Origin: Calditrichia bacterium
Lineage (GTDB): Bacteria > Calditrichota > Calditrichia > RBG-13-44-9 > J075
Assembly: GCA_050633245.1 (NCBI GenBank)
Contig: JBOEGD010000011.1
Span: 96,001 to 160,000, forward strand
Direction: 5' to 3'
Length of the DNA stretch: 64,000 nt
Positions 48,235-58,626 of the stretch are shown here, in pieces; the stretch's first letter is position 1, and each line of letters begins with the position of its first letter. The notes beneath the pieces were generated by a model. The model ran no database searches, had not been told where the DNA came from, and saw only the letters and a list, made by a program, of their open reading frames with translations. The position numbers and the translations under genes were made by a program.

Positions 48235-51060
48235 ATGCGTTTATTAAGAGGCGTCATCCCCCTCTTGACTACTGCTTTTGCATCCGGGCTGTATGCTCAA
48301 CCCGCCGAAATTTCTGTGCGAATGGACTTGGCCCTTCAAGATGCTGCCCAAGCCAATTCTACAATTAAAGCCTATGTCATGTTAAATGATCAGGTGGATG
48401 TTACCAGCCTCGATCAACAACTTTACACAGAGAAGGCCTCTCTTAAGGATCGCGTTTATATTGTGCTTACTGCGCTGCGTGAAAAAGCAGATGAGACGCA
48501 ATATCGTTTATTAAATCGACTCGCCGACTTACCTGCCGATCAGGTTCCGAACGTGACCTCGCTGTGGATTGTGAATATGCTATTAATCGAGGCGAAGGCC
48601 GAGGTGTACTATGAGCTAATGAAACACGGTGATGTTGCAATTATGGATGTCGTTCCGGAACCGAATTGGGATAGGCCAGTGGCAGAAGGACCGGCATCTG
48701 CAAGTATTCCCGGTGGAGTAGAACCTGGAATTGAGGCCATTAATGCTCGAAAAATGTGGGAACAGGGATATGATGGCACCGGACGCCTAGTTATGGGAAT
48801 CGATTCTGGTGTGAATGGAAATCACCCTGCCGTTGCCGGGAAGTGGCGTGGCAATAGCGTTCCAGCCTCAGAAGCCTGGCTGGGATCGGGATCCTTCCCG
48901 AATGACTGCGATGGCGGATCGCATGGAACCCATACGATTGGAACCATGACCGGATTCGATCCGGTAACTGCCGACACGATAGGCGTTGCCCCTGGTGCTG
49001 AGTGGATCGCCTCGGGAGCGCTTTGCGGAAATGTGACACGAATTCAAGCCTTTCAATGGGCTTTGGATCCAGACAACAATCCTGCTACAACATCCGACAT
49101 GCCCGATGCAATCGGTTGTTCCTGGTGGGATCCCAATGGTGGCGTTTGTGCCAGCAATATCTACATCAATGTTTTGAATACTCTGGAAGCAGCAGGAATT
49201 GCGGTGATTTTTTCTGCCGGAAATTCCGGCCCGGGAACTTCAACGATTACTCGCCCAAAGAATACGAATACGACGCTGGTGAACTTTTGGGCCACCGGAG
49301 CTTTGAATGGTAACGATCCAAACTTAACGATAGCAAATTTTAGCAGCCGCGGCCCATCCACCTGCGGATCTACCGGCTCATTACTTATTAAACCGGAGGC
49401 CAGTGCGCCCGGTGTGGCTGTTCGTTCGGCAACCGGCACATCCGGTTATGGCACAAAGAACGGGACCTCAATGGCAGCTCCTCATGTGGTTGGTGCAATT
49501 GCGCTTTTACGGCAGGCTTTTCCTAATAAAACGGGATACGAGCTAAAATTGGCGCTGTATAATACCGCTCGTGATCTTGGTGTGCCGGGCGAAGACAATG
49601 ATTATGGCATGGGAATTATTGACGTTTGGGCGGCCTTTCTTAGTATGGCCGGTCCGCTGGCAGCAGAGAACTTTACTGCCTATTCAGATTATTTGAATCC
49701 AACAGAAATTCAGCTGTCATGGATAGATCCGGAACTTGCCGCTAGTGGAGACTCTTTGGTTTCCGGAGCTTATACGATGTTGCTTTACCGCGATGGCGAG
49801 CTGCTGGATTCTGTGGCATCTGATGTTGAAACGTTTCTTGATACTGGCTTAACAAGCGGCACCAGCTATCGTTATAGTTTAAGGGCTGTGGTAGACAGCT
49901 TGGGTGTACTCGGTGATATTGCCACGACGCAGTGGACAGCCGGAGGTGCACGCCAGCCATCGATGGCGGTGGATTTTGAGGTTGCCGGACATCCAGGGTT
50001 TGTAGAAATGACCTGGAAAAACCCCTCAACTAATATCGATGGAACGCCGCTTGTTGACTTTGCCGGGATCAATATTTACAGAGATGGTGAGCTGTATGGC
50101 AGCCTGGCACGATCAACATCAGATACCTCTGCCAGTGAATACACGAATTTCACTCCAACTGAGTCGGGTTACTATACCTATCATATTTCGGCATTCGATG
50201 ATGAAACTCCAACTAATGAGAGTCCACCGTCACCCGTTTTAACAACGCCCCGAGTTGCTCCTTTGGGTGATCAGTTGAGTCTGGCTGGTATTCCAAACCC
50301 TGCGCTTTGGAGAAGTTTTAATGTAGAAATAAATGATCGTGCGGTAGGGCCCGGTGGCTCAGCGACTTATGCTGTAAATTTGAACGGAACGCCATTTGGG
50401 ACAGATACACTTGAATTGCGGCCCACGGATACTCGATTTTTGGATAACCAAAACGCATCAATTTCATTTCGCTATCAGCCACAGGGGTCTGGTAATGCTC
50501 CCGAACAGGATGACAGTCTCAGAGTCTATTTTAAAAATGATTTAGGCGAGTGGTATATGGTCAGCGGATATGCAGGATCAACCGTTGTTCCGTTTGTGCA
50601 GGAAATCATCTCTTTAGATTCTGTTGATACCGGTGCCGGCTCAATTTTTCACGAGAATTTTCAAGTGCGCTTTGTTAGTCGAGGTGGCGCGGGTAATTTC
50701 CCAAATGATAACTGGTTTCTTAACACCTTTTATATTAGTGGACCACCAACGGGTATTGATAATCCTGACGAGGCTGCTCCATTGCGGTTTATGGTGAGCG
50801 CAAACTACCCCAATCCGTTTAACCCTTCTACCACAATCGATTTCCAATTACCGCAGCGTTCAGATGTGGAGCTTACCATTTTTAATACGCTTGGTCAAAA
50901 AATACGTTCGTTGGTAACTGGATCGGTAGCCGCTGGAACGCATTCCGTCATTTGGAATGGTCAAGATGAATCAGGGCAGGGGGTAGCGAGTGGAATCTAT
51001 ATTTATCGCTTTACAAGTGGTGACTATCAGAGGATTAATAAAATGATACTCATGAAATAG
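48235..51060 (+). CDS. Secreted S8 (bacillopeptidase-F-like) protease with FN3-like domains and FlgD/T9SS-type CTD
   Basis: Triad GIDSG / HGTH / GTSMAAPHV, oxyanion AGN and C-terminal NYPNPFNP...KMILMK. Confidence 0.92.
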   Translation: MRLLRGVIPLLTTAFASGLYAQPAEISVRMDLALQDAAQANSTIKAYVMLNDQVDVTSLDQQLYTEKASLKDRVYIVLTALREKADETQYRLLNRLADLPADQVPNVTSLWIVNMLLIEAKAEVYYELMKHGDVAIMDVVPEPNWDRPVAEGPASASIPGGVEPGIEAINARKMWEQGYDGTGRLVMGIDSGVNGNHPAVAGKWRGNSVPASEAWLGSGSFPNDCDGGSHGTHTIGTMTGFDPVTADTIGVAPGAEWIASGALCGNVTRIQAFQWALDPDNNPATTSDMPDAIGCSWWDPNGGVCASNIYINVLNTLEAAGIAVIFSAGNSGPGTSTITRPKNTNTTLVNFWATGALNGNDPNLTIANFSSRGPSTCGSTGSLLIKPEASAPGVAVRSATGTSGYGTKNGTSMAAPHVVGAIALLRQAFPNKTGYELKLALYNTARDLGVPGEDNDYGMGIIDVWAAFLSMAGPLAAENFTAYSDYLNPTEIQLSWIDPELAASGDSLVSGAYTMLLYRDGELLDSVASDVETFLDTGLTSGTSYRYSLRAVVDSLGVLGDIATTQWTAGGARQPSMAVDFEVAGHPGFVEMTWKNPSTNIDGTPLVDFAGINIYRDGELYGSLARSTSDTSASEYTNFTPTESGYYTYHISAFDDETPTNESPPSPVLTTPRVAPLGDQLSLAGIPNPALWRSFNVEINDRAVGPGGSATYAVNLNGTPFGTDTLELRPTDTRFLDNQNASISFRYQPQGSGNAPEQDDSLRVYFKNDLGEWYMVSGYAGSTVVPFVQEIISLDSVDTGAGSIFHENFQVRFVSRGGAGNFPNDNWFLNTFYISGPPTGIDNPDEAAPLRFMVSANYPNPFNPSTTIDFQLPQRSDVELTIFNTLGQKIRSLVTGSVAAGTHSVIWNGQDESGQGVASGIYIYRFTSGDYQRINKMILMK

Positions 51061-51065
51061 CAAGC

Positions 51066-51136
51066 ATTGATGGCTGATGATTGATGATGTATGAATAAAG
51101 GGACGTTGCAATCATCACTCATCAATCAATATTCAT
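51066..51136. repeat. Inverted heptamer (ATTGATG/CATCAAT) arrays forming a hairpin
   Basis: ATTGATG GCTGATG ATTGATG ... ATCATC ACTCATC AATCAAT, with AGGGAC in the loop. Confidence 0.6.
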
Positions 51137-51151
51137 AAATTTAATTCTGGT

Positions 51152-51169
51152 TTGTGAAAAGTGTGACAA
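51152..51169. promoter_or_regulatory. CRP/Rex-like operator
   Basis: TTGTGAAAAGTGTGACAA has 1 mismatch to TGTGA-N6-TCACA and 2 to the Rex consensus. Confidence 0.4.
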
Positions 51170-51175
51170 ACAACC

Positions 51176-51280
51176 GGAAGCTTTTACGGCAGCGCATATA
51201 ATTAAATCAGGATCGGACGGAACGAATATCAGGGACGATGAATGCTTTCTCCGAATTTTTACTGCACGCCGAAGGCTTCC
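51176..51280 (+). ncRNA. Candidate structured RNA (long irregular hairpin with apical AGGGAC hexaloop)
   Basis: GGAAGCTTT/AAGGCTTCC, CGGC/GCCG, TCGGA/TCCGA and ATC-AGGGAC-GAT pairings. Confidence 0.4.
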
Positions 51281-51348
51281 CTTAAACGTTATCATCGAAC
51301 CGCAACTGTAGAACTTTAATGTTTTTGATTAAGCATATAAACGAAGGG

Positions 51349-54300
51349 ATGCTCATGGATCGTTTGCAACAAAATGTTTGGATTGGCTGTCTGGTTCTGG
51401 CCACATTGTTAACTAATCTTCTCTATGCCGGGGATTACAATCATCCGAAAATCCGTCCGGAGTTAAGCGCAGTCTTAAACTCCCAACAAAGCAGCACGGA
51501 TTATGTACGCGTCTATATAAAACTGAATGACCGCATGCATTTGTCCGACCTGCAGAACATGCACGGCTATCTTCCTCGTAAAGAGCGCCAAAAGGCCGTT
51601 GTGAACACGCTTCGCAATCATGCTTACGCGACTCAGGGACCTGTTCTTGCGCATCTCGAGAACGCGCAGCTGTCAAAGAACGGCGTTCGTAATATTCGCA
51701 ATATCTGGGCAATAAACGTTATCGCTTTTGAGGCACAGCCTCAGGTGGTAATGGACATCGCTCTTGGATACAATGAAATTGAAGCCGTTTTTTATGATCC
51801 AATTATCTCTGATGAAGATGCTCAGGATGATGAAGGGATTTCCGCATTTAACGCCAAACACGGCATTACAACTCCGCCGCTGTTCGCTCCTCAGATTGGA
51901 CTAACACTCATCAATGCACCGCTGGTATGGGCCGAAGGCGATTCAGGCCAGGGAATTCTTGTCGCAAACTGTGATAGTGGTACAGACTGGACGCATCCCG
52001 ATCTTGTAAATAATATTTGGAATAACCTCGGCGAAGATGCCGATGGCGATGGCCGTACAATCGAATTCGTTAACGGTAACTGGGTTTATGACCCGGGTGA
52101 CGCGAATGGTGTTGATGATGATGGCAATGGTTATATCGACGATTATATTGGCTACGATTTTGGTAGCAACGACAATGATCCGCAGGATTCCGGATCACAC
52201 GGAACCAGCACTGCCGGACAGATTTGTGGTGATGGAACCAACGGAACCCAAACCGGCGTTGCTCCTAAAGCAAAGATCATGATTTGTAGAGTTGCCGGTG
52301 GTGGCCAAACCGATTGGTGGGCGGCATACCAATACGCATTTACCATGGGCGTTGACGTTACAACAAGTTCTTATAGCCTTAAATGGATTAGTCAGCCTGA
52401 CTACGCCGGTTTTCGCAATATGACGGATATGGAGCTTGCAGCCGGCGTGATCCACACAAATTCTACCGGAAATCAGGGTGCTCAGGGACAGCCCGGTTGC
52501 ACAAATTCGTACCCGGTTCCTTACAATATTTCAACACCGGGCAATAGTCCCGGTCCATGGCAGCACCCTGACCAGGGAAATTTGATCGGTTCACTCAGTT
52601 CCGTAATTGGCTGCGGCAACGTTGTAGCAACAACCGACGTTATTTCCTCCGGCTCCGGACTCGGTCCGGCAGCATGGGAAAATATTCAGCAGCGCTGCCC
52701 GACCTATCCGAATGCCAATCCTCCGGGATATATGGATTATCCGTTTAATCTCGCCGGTGCTGTTGAGCCAGACTCCATTGGTTTGCTAAAGCCTGATGTC
52801 TCTGCCCCCGGCTCGAACACAACTTCAACTGTTCCCGGTGGTGGATATAGTGGGTTTGGTGGTACCTCTTCCGCAACCCCTCACACAGCAGGTGTTGTAG
52901 CTCTTTTGCTGTCCGTTAACCCGACTCTTGAACCCGCTGATATAAGTCGCATTTTGCAGACCACCGGTATTGAAAAAGGTGCGCCGGGTAAAGATGAGCG
53001 CTATGGTGCAGGTCGAATTGATGCCTATCAGGCTTATTTGCAAGCACGTGCCGAATTTGGTTTGCCAAACACAGCAACTGAAGCAAATGCATACAGCGAT
53101 TATAATACACCAAGCAGTATTGCCTTAAGCTGGACAAATCCTATTGACCTGCTAAACGGTGAGCCGCTCTCAACCGATGCGTTTAGTGTTCGAGTTCTTC
53201 GTAATGGTGCTGAAGTTGGTGTCGTTCCGGGAACATCTTCTACATTTACCGATAGCGGACTTAATGACGGCCAGCAGTATTTTTATGAATTAATCGTTCG
53301 CGTAGACTCTACCGGTCGCGAAAGTGATCCGGCACGAACCGACTGGTTTTCCGGCGGAGCAAAACAGCCTGCTGCACCTACCGGACTTAGTATCTCTGGT
53401 AATCAGTCTCAGGTGACGGTAAGCTGGACAAACTCCTCGCTGAATATCGACGGAACGCCGATGGATGATTTAGCCGGCATCAATCTTTATCAAAATGGCG
53501 CGTTGGTAACCACTTTTACCCGTAGCAGTTCCGATACTTCTACCGCTGATCAGGATGTCTATCAAAATACGGTTGCCGGTTATTACGACTGGAGCATTAG
53601 CGCAGTTGATAATGAAACACCGCAAAATGAAAGCGAACTTACCAGCAGTGTTCCAACACCACTCAGCCTGCCACTTTCTGAAGCATTTTCAATTGCCGGC
53701 GAGCCAAATCCGGGTGTGTGGATAAATGAGAACACCGATGTGAACGATCGTGCAGATAATCCACCGACAGATGGATTGGCGCTGAACCTCAACGGTACAC
53801 CAAGTGGTGGAGACGTCATTACCATGCGACCGATTGATCTGAGCGGTTTTAGTGAGGCATTGTTTGACTATTACTATCAGCCGCAGGGGACTGGTAATGC
53901 ACCGGAAGAAGGCGATAGTTTGCGGGTGCACTTCAGAAATGATCAAAATGAATGGATACTTGTTAAATCCTATCCGGGAAGCACAGTTCAACCGTTTCAG
54001 CAGGAAATCATTGAGATCGCATCAGCCCCATCTGGAAGCGGAAGTTACTTCCATAGCCAATTCCAGGTGCGCTTTAGCAGTATTGGCGGTGCCGGAAACT
54101 TTCCTAATGATGATTGGTTTGTCGACGATGTTCGTCTTACCAGCAACCTTGTGGGCATCGATGATCCATTGCTTGCAGCACCTACAAGCTTTGAGGTTAG
54201 CGAAAACTATCCGAATCCGTTCAACCCGAGCACAACAATCAGTTACCAGCTTCCCGAACGCAGTGATGTAAAACTGTTTGTTTATAATATGCTGGGACAA

Positions 54301-54480
54301 AAAGTGAGAACGTTGGTCAATGGTGAAGAGAATCTTGGATTCTACTCCGTTGAATGGAATGGTCAAAGTGATGTTGGACTGCCTGTAGCCAGTGGCGTTT
54401 ATATTATGCGCTTTGAGGCATCCGGACTTAGTAACGGACAGCGTTTCAATCGAAGCAGTAAAATGATTCTATTGAAATAA
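51349..54480 (+). CDS. Secreted S8 protease (paralog) with Ca-binding insert, FN3-like domains and FlgD/T9SS-type CTD
   Basis: Triad NCDSG / SHGT / GTSSATPH, DDDGNGYIDD insert and NYPNPFNP CTD. Start is 51349 or 51355. Confidence 0.9.
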   Translation: MLMDRLQQNVWIGCLVLATLLTNLLYAGDYNHPKIRPELSAVLNSQQSSTDYVRVYIKLNDRMHLSDLQNMHGYLPRKERQKAVVNTLRNHAYATQGPVLAHLENAQLSKNGVRNIRNIWAINVIAFEAQPQVVMDIALGYNEIEAVFYDPIISDEDAQDDEGISAFNAKHGITTPPLFAPQIGLTLINAPLVWAEGDSGQGILVANCDSGTDWTHPDLVNNIWNNLGEDADGDGRTIEFVNGNWVYDPGDANGVDDDGNGYIDDYIGYDFGSNDNDPQDSGSHGTSTAGQICGDGTNGTQTGVAPKAKIMICRVAGGGQTDWWAAYQYAFTMGVDVTTSSYSLKWISQPDYAGFRNMTDMELAAGVIHTNSTGNQGAQGQPGCTNSYPVPYNISTPGNSPGPWQHPDQGNLIGSLSSVIGCGNVVATTDVISSGSGLGPAAWENIQQRCPTYPNANPPGYMDYPFNLAGAVEPDSIGLLKPDVSAPGSNTTSTVPGGGYSGFGGTSSATPHTAGVVALLLSVNPTLEPADISRILQTTGIEKGAPGKDERYGAGRIDAYQAYLQARAEFGLPNTATEANAYSDYNTPSSIALSWTNPIDLLNGEPLSTDAFSVRVLRNGAEVGVVPGTSSTFTDSGLNDGQQYFYELIVRVDSTGRESDPARTDWFSGGAKQPAAPTGLSISGNQSQVTVSWTNSSLNIDGTPMDDLAGINLYQNGALVTTFTRSSSDTSTADQDVYQNTVAGYYDWSISAVDNETPQNESELTSSVPTPLSLPLSEAFSIAGEPNPGVWINENTDVNDRADNPPTDGLALNLNGTPSGGDVITMRPIDLSGFSEALFDYYYQPQGTGNAPEEGDSLRVHFRNDQNEWILVKSYPGSTVQPFQQEIIEIASAPSGSGSYFHSQFQVRFSSIGGAGNFPNDDWFVDDVRLTSNLVGIDDPLLAAPTSFEVSENYPNPFNPSTTISYQLPERSDVKLFVYNMLGQKVRTLVNGEENLGFYSVEWNGQSDVGLPVASGVYIMRFEASGLSNGQRFNRSSKMILLK

Positions 54481-54496
54481 ACAGTTTCGATAATTT

Positions 54497-54533
54497 AAAG
54501 GCCTCATTTGCATTTGCAGATGAGGCCTTTTTT
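54497..54533 (+). terminator. Intrinsic terminator
   Basis: AAAGGCCTCATTTGC-ATTT-GCAGATGAGGCCTTTTTT. Confidence 0.88.
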
Positions 54534-54595
54534 CTTGCCAGATATTTGAAATACCGATACATTGGGGAGTGACTAAAAAAGACGGAAATCGTACT

Positions 54596-55369
54596 ATGCC
54601 AGATTTGAGCCTTACCGTTATTGGCAGTGGAACTCTGGTGCCCGATACAACGCGCAGCTGTAGCGCAAATCTCATTGTTTATCAGAATGAACGGATTTTG
54701 GTGGATATGGGATTTGGCACTCTTGCCTCACTGACGCGACTTCATATTAACCCACTTACTATTTCGACCCTTTATATCACTCATTTTCATCCGGATCATG
54801 TTGCGGATCTCATTCCTTTAATCTTCACGCGTATTCATGCCGGCGCTCCGGTAAATCAGCCATTGAAAATTGTCGGGCCGTTTGGAATAGAGGCTTTTCT
54901 GATTAAGTCCGCAGCAGCGTATGGCGATTGGCTTATTACGGCAGTTAAAGAAACAACGCGTATCGTTGAAATCGGTTCTGGCCACCATCCAATTTCGGAC
55001 GGATTCTGTGAAGCCTTCCCGATGAAGCATGCACCTGAAAGCCTAGGCTATCGATTTCAATTTGGTGAATATTTTATTGCAATGACCGGTGATACCGGCT
55101 ATTGTGAGAATGCCATTGATGTGTGTAAAAATGCTGATATTGCCATTGTCGAATGTGGCGCATTAGAGGATGGCGGGAATCACCTTTCCCCGGCTGAGGT
55201 TGCTCGAATTGCTATTAAAGCACAACCACGACAATTGTTGATAAATCACTGCTACCCAAAAGTTGTTGCTTCGAATCCTGTTAGGTTGATCACCGATAAA
55301 TATACAGGACAAGTTGAACATGCGTATGATGGACTGGTGCTAAATTTAGAGGCGAATCAGGATGACTAA
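54596..55369 (+). CDS. Metallo-beta-lactamase-fold hydrolase, RNase Z-like
   Basis: IGSGT, D.G.G, THFHPDH, H...SLGYR, TGDT, HL.P and NH.YP motifs. Confidence 0.82.
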   Translation: MPDLSLTVIGSGTLVPDTTRSCSANLIVYQNERILVDMGFGTLASLTRLHINPLTISTLYITHFHPDHVADLIPLIFTRIHAGAPVNQPLKIVGPFGIEAFLIKSAAAYGDWLITAVKETTRIVEIGSGHHPISDGFCEAFPMKHAPESLGYRFQFGEYFIAMTGDTGYCENAIDVCKNADIAIVECGALEDGGNHLSPAEVARIAIKAQPRQLLINHCYPKVVASNPVRLITDKYTGQVEHAYDGLVLNLEANQDD

Positions 55370-56321
55370 CGCCGATCTGCTTGCTGAAATTCGTAGTTTT
55401 GCAACAACGCTCGACATTTTAGATCTCGGTATTTCCAGCGCCGGATCTCTGGAAGAGGAATCTGAACGTCTAAATGAATGGCTGGACAAGAAATATCACG
55501 GAACGATGGATTGGATGCAGAGCAAAGCGGTTCAACGCACCAATCCCAAGGCATATTTTCCGGAAGCAAAGTGTGTTTTGGTAGCATCGTTTAATTACTT
55601 CCGTGATGAACCACTGAATCGGGGCGATGAGCTCGCAAATCTATCGCTCTATGCACGTGGCCGCGATTATCATAAAGTTATTCGCAAGAAGCTACAAGCT
55701 CTATTGGCATTTATTCAATCGAAACATCCTGATGCAAAAGGACGGGTTTGCGTCGACTCCTTTCCGCTTATGGAGAAACCATTCGCTCGGCGTGCGGGCC
55801 TGGGCTGGTTGGGCAAACACACAAATTTGATCTCAAAGAAGCACGGCTCTTATTTTTTTCTGGGAGAAATTCTGCTGTCCATTGACTTGCCGGTCTCAGA
55901 ACCATTTACATATGATCACTGTGGCAGCTGCACCCGTTGTATGGATGCCTGTCCGACACCCGCATTGGACAAATCCTATCAAATAGACGCCGCTTCCTGC
56001 ATCTCGTATTTAACTATTGAACATTCTGGAGCTATTGACGCAGATTTGCAGAAACAGATGGGGAATTGGGTGTTCGGTTGCGATATCTGTCAGATTGTTT
56101 GCCCATGGAATCGATTTAGTGAGACTACTGCGGAAACTGATTTTGCCGAGAGGCTTTCGCATGAGCAATATCGACTTACTTATCTTGCGAGCCTGGACGA
56201 GCAACAGTTTGAAGAACTATTTAATGGAACGCCGGTTCGCAGGGCTGGATATGAGCAGTTTATGCGTAATGTTGCGATTGCGCAAAAGAACGTAAATGAA
56301 TCCGAATCCAGTGATTTATAA
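55362..56321 (+). CDS. queG: Epoxyqueuosine reductase
   Basis: YARGRDYH, AGLGW.GK, CGSCTRC..ACPT, CISYLTIE and FGCDICQ.VCPWN motifs. Confidence 0.95.
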   Translation: MTNADLLAEIRSFATTLDILDLGISSAGSLEEESERLNEWLDKKYHGTMDWMQSKAVQRTNPKAYFPEAKCVLVASFNYFRDEPLNRGDELANLSLYARGRDYHKVIRKKLQALLAFIQSKHPDAKGRVCVDSFPLMEKPFARRAGLGWLGKHTNLISKKHGSYFFLGEILLSIDLPVSEPFTYDHCGSCTRCMDACPTPALDKSYQIDAASCISYLTIEHSGAIDADLQKQMGNWVFGCDICQIVCPWNRFSETTAETDFAERLSHEQYRLTYLASLDEQQFEELFNGTPVRRAGYEQFMRNVAIAQKNVNESESSDL

Positions 56322-56451
56322 TTATACGTCAGTTTGTATTGAAAACCGTTTGAATATGTCCGATAGTATGAGGATACTATAAAACCATTGGAGTGGTTTT
56401 TTGCATTAGAATTTTGATCCTTTCAAATAAAAAAACTAACGGTATCGTTTC

Positions 56452-58623
56452 ATGTTGCAAGTCAGAATAATCATTGGCGCTGTACTCTTTATGATGTGCT
56501 TAGGCGGTATGCTTGTCGCTCAACAGAAAGAGCTCGATTTAAAAACGGCAATGTTGGGTGCCAGAACGACTCTTGCTGTTGAAAAGGCACGAGACTTACA
56601 GTGGATTGTTGATACAGAATATTTTAGTTACATCGGCAAAAAGGATAGTATTGAAGCATTATTTCGCGCGGATGCCAGGCAGAATACCGTAGAGCCTTTG
56701 TTATCTCTTGAATCTTTTAACAATATCATCGCTGTTCATGAAATAGATGAACTTAAAAAATTCCCCACTATCAACTGGCTGGATAAAAATCGTTTTTGGA
56801 TGTGGGCAAAAAATCGTCTTGTCGTTTTTGATATTGCGGAAAAGAAACTGTCTATCCACACATCACTTACAGATGATGCCAAAAAACGAGATGTTTCAGA
56901 TAGTAGTCTTCATGTTGCCTTCACAAAGGGATCGGGGCTTTATATTGCCAATGGATCGGATGTCATAACGGTGCTTGCTCCGGACTCAGGTAGCCAGATT
57001 GTGGTTGGGCAAGACGTACATCGCCGCGAGTTCGGCATTCGAAAGGGCACCTTCTGGTCGCCAACAAGCAACAAACTGGCGTTTTACGAAAAGGATATTT
57101 CTCCTGTAACCGATTATCCATTTGTCGACTTCTCCACGCTCCCGGCAACAGCAAAACCGGGTAAGTATCCTATGGCAGGCATGGCGAATCATATTGCCCG
57201 GATAGGCGTTTATACCCTCGCTAATGCAGAGGTGGTTTATTTACAGACGGGAGAGCCTGCCGATCAATATCTTACCAATATTTCATGGAGTCCCGACGAA
57301 AAATACATTTACCTCGCTCAGATTAATCGCGATCAAAACCATCTGAGATTCTATAAATACGACGCAGTAACGGGCGAGCAGCTCAAGTTGCTTTTTGAAG
57401 AGAGAAGCCACGCCTATGTCGATCCACAAGTCGGTGCATATTTTATTAATGAAAATCCTGATCAATTCCTTTGGCTGTCAAGACGCGATGGCTGGAATCA
57501 TCTTTATCTTTATAATTCTGACGGACAGCTGATAAAACAGCTTACATCCGGTGAGTGGGAAATTATTGCTCTAAAGGGGACCGAAAGAAAAGGCCGAAAG
57601 ATGTATTTTATCGCCAACAGAGAAAGCCCGGTTGAGCGCGACTTGTACGCTGTAGATTTGAAAAGAAGCACAATTGATCGCTTAACCGAAAATAACGGCA
57701 CGCATTCATCCGATGTCTCCGCAAGCGGCCGCTATTTTTTAGATACGTTTAGCAGTCTTGAAGTACCCGGATTGCAAGAGCTTCGGGCAACAAATGGAAG
57801 TTTGCTGCGGGTGTTGTCGCGTGGTAAGAATCCACTGCGAGACTATCGTGTTGGTGAAGTCGATATTGTGCCATTCCTGGCCAGTGATAGTAGTAAGTTG
57901 TTTGGTCGAGTCATGTTTCCACCAGAATTTACACCATCGAAAAAATACCCGCTTTTAGTATATGTTTATGGCGGGCCACATTCGCAACAGGTTCGCAATA
58001 GCTGGATGGGCGGAAATGGACGCTGGCCGTTTTGGCTTCGCTATATGGCAACACAGGGTTTTCTGGTGCTGACCGTCGATAATCGTGGCACGAACTACCG
58101 CGGATTGGAATTTGAGCAGGCAACATTTCGGCAGCTCGGCACGCTCGAGGTTGCCGATCAAATTGAAACGGTCACGCAGCTTTCAAAAGCAGGCTATGTG
58201 GATACAACCCGTATTGCGGTGGTTGGGTGGAGCTATGGCGGCTTTATGGCCTCCTCGTTAATCCTGAGGGCTCCTGAGATGTTTAAAGTGGCTGTTGCCG
58301 GGGGGCCGGTGACTGACTGGAAATATTATGAAACCATCTATACCGAACGCTATATGGATACGCCGGAAACGAATGAAGAGGGTTATAAAACAGCCTCATT
58401 AATGTCTTATGTAGACAAGCTGGAGGGCAAGCTACTGCTAATTCACGGTACTTCCGACCCGATTGTTGTTTGGCAGCATTCCATCGGCCTCCTCGATGCT
58501 GCAATCAACAAGAGCAAGCACATTGACTATGCTATTTATCCAGGAGAGCCACATGGTGTGCGCGGCAAGAAAAGTCTGCATTTGTTCGAAAAGATGACGC
58601 GTTACATCAAGGACAATTTATAG
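56452..58623 (+). CDS. Dipeptidyl/prolyl tripeptidyl peptidase (S9B, DPP-IV family)
   Basis: Signal peptide, YP.AG, VYGGP, GWSYGG, YTERYM, HG..D..V and YPG..H motifs. Confidence 0.93.
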   Translation: MLQVRIIIGAVLFMMCLGGMLVAQQKELDLKTAMLGARTTLAVEKARDLQWIVDTEYFSYIGKKDSIEALFRADARQNTVEPLLSLESFNNIIAVHEIDELKKFPTINWLDKNRFWMWAKNRLVVFDIAEKKLSIHTSLTDDAKKRDVSDSSLHVAFTKGSGLYIANGSDVITVLAPDSGSQIVVGQDVHRREFGIRKGTFWSPTSNKLAFYEKDISPVTDYPFVDFSTLPATAKPGKYPMAGMANHIARIGVYTLANAEVVYLQTGEPADQYLTNISWSPDEKYIYLAQINRDQNHLRFYKYDAVTGEQLKLLFEERSHAYVDPQVGAYFINENPDQFLWLSRRDGWNHLYLYNSDGQLIKQLTSGEWEIIALKGTERKGRKMYFIANRESPVERDLYAVDLKRSTIDRLTENNGTHSSDVSASGRYFLDTFSSLEVPGLQELRATNGSLLRVLSRGKNPLRDYRVGEVDIVPFLASDSSKLFGRVMFPPEFTPSKKYPLLVYVYGGPHSQQVRNSWMGGNGRWPFWLRYMATQGFLVLTVDNRGTNYRGLEFEQATFRQLGTLEVADQIETVTQLSKAGYVDTTRIAVVGWSYGGFMASSLILRAPEMFKVAVAGGPVTDWKYYETIYTERYMDTPETNEEGYKTASLMSYVDKLEGKLLLIHGTSDPIVVWQHSIGLLDAAINKSKHIDYAIYPGEPHGVRGKKSLHLFEKMTRYIKDNL

Positions 58624-58626
58624 TCT

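Noticed and set aside
51176-51280. Long hairpin as SRP RNA, 6S RNA or a c-di-GMP riboswitch
   Set aside because: It lacks the SRP helix-8 CAGG/GGAA/AGCAG motif and the GCAAAC/GAAA c-di-GMP-I core, and it is too short for typical 6S.
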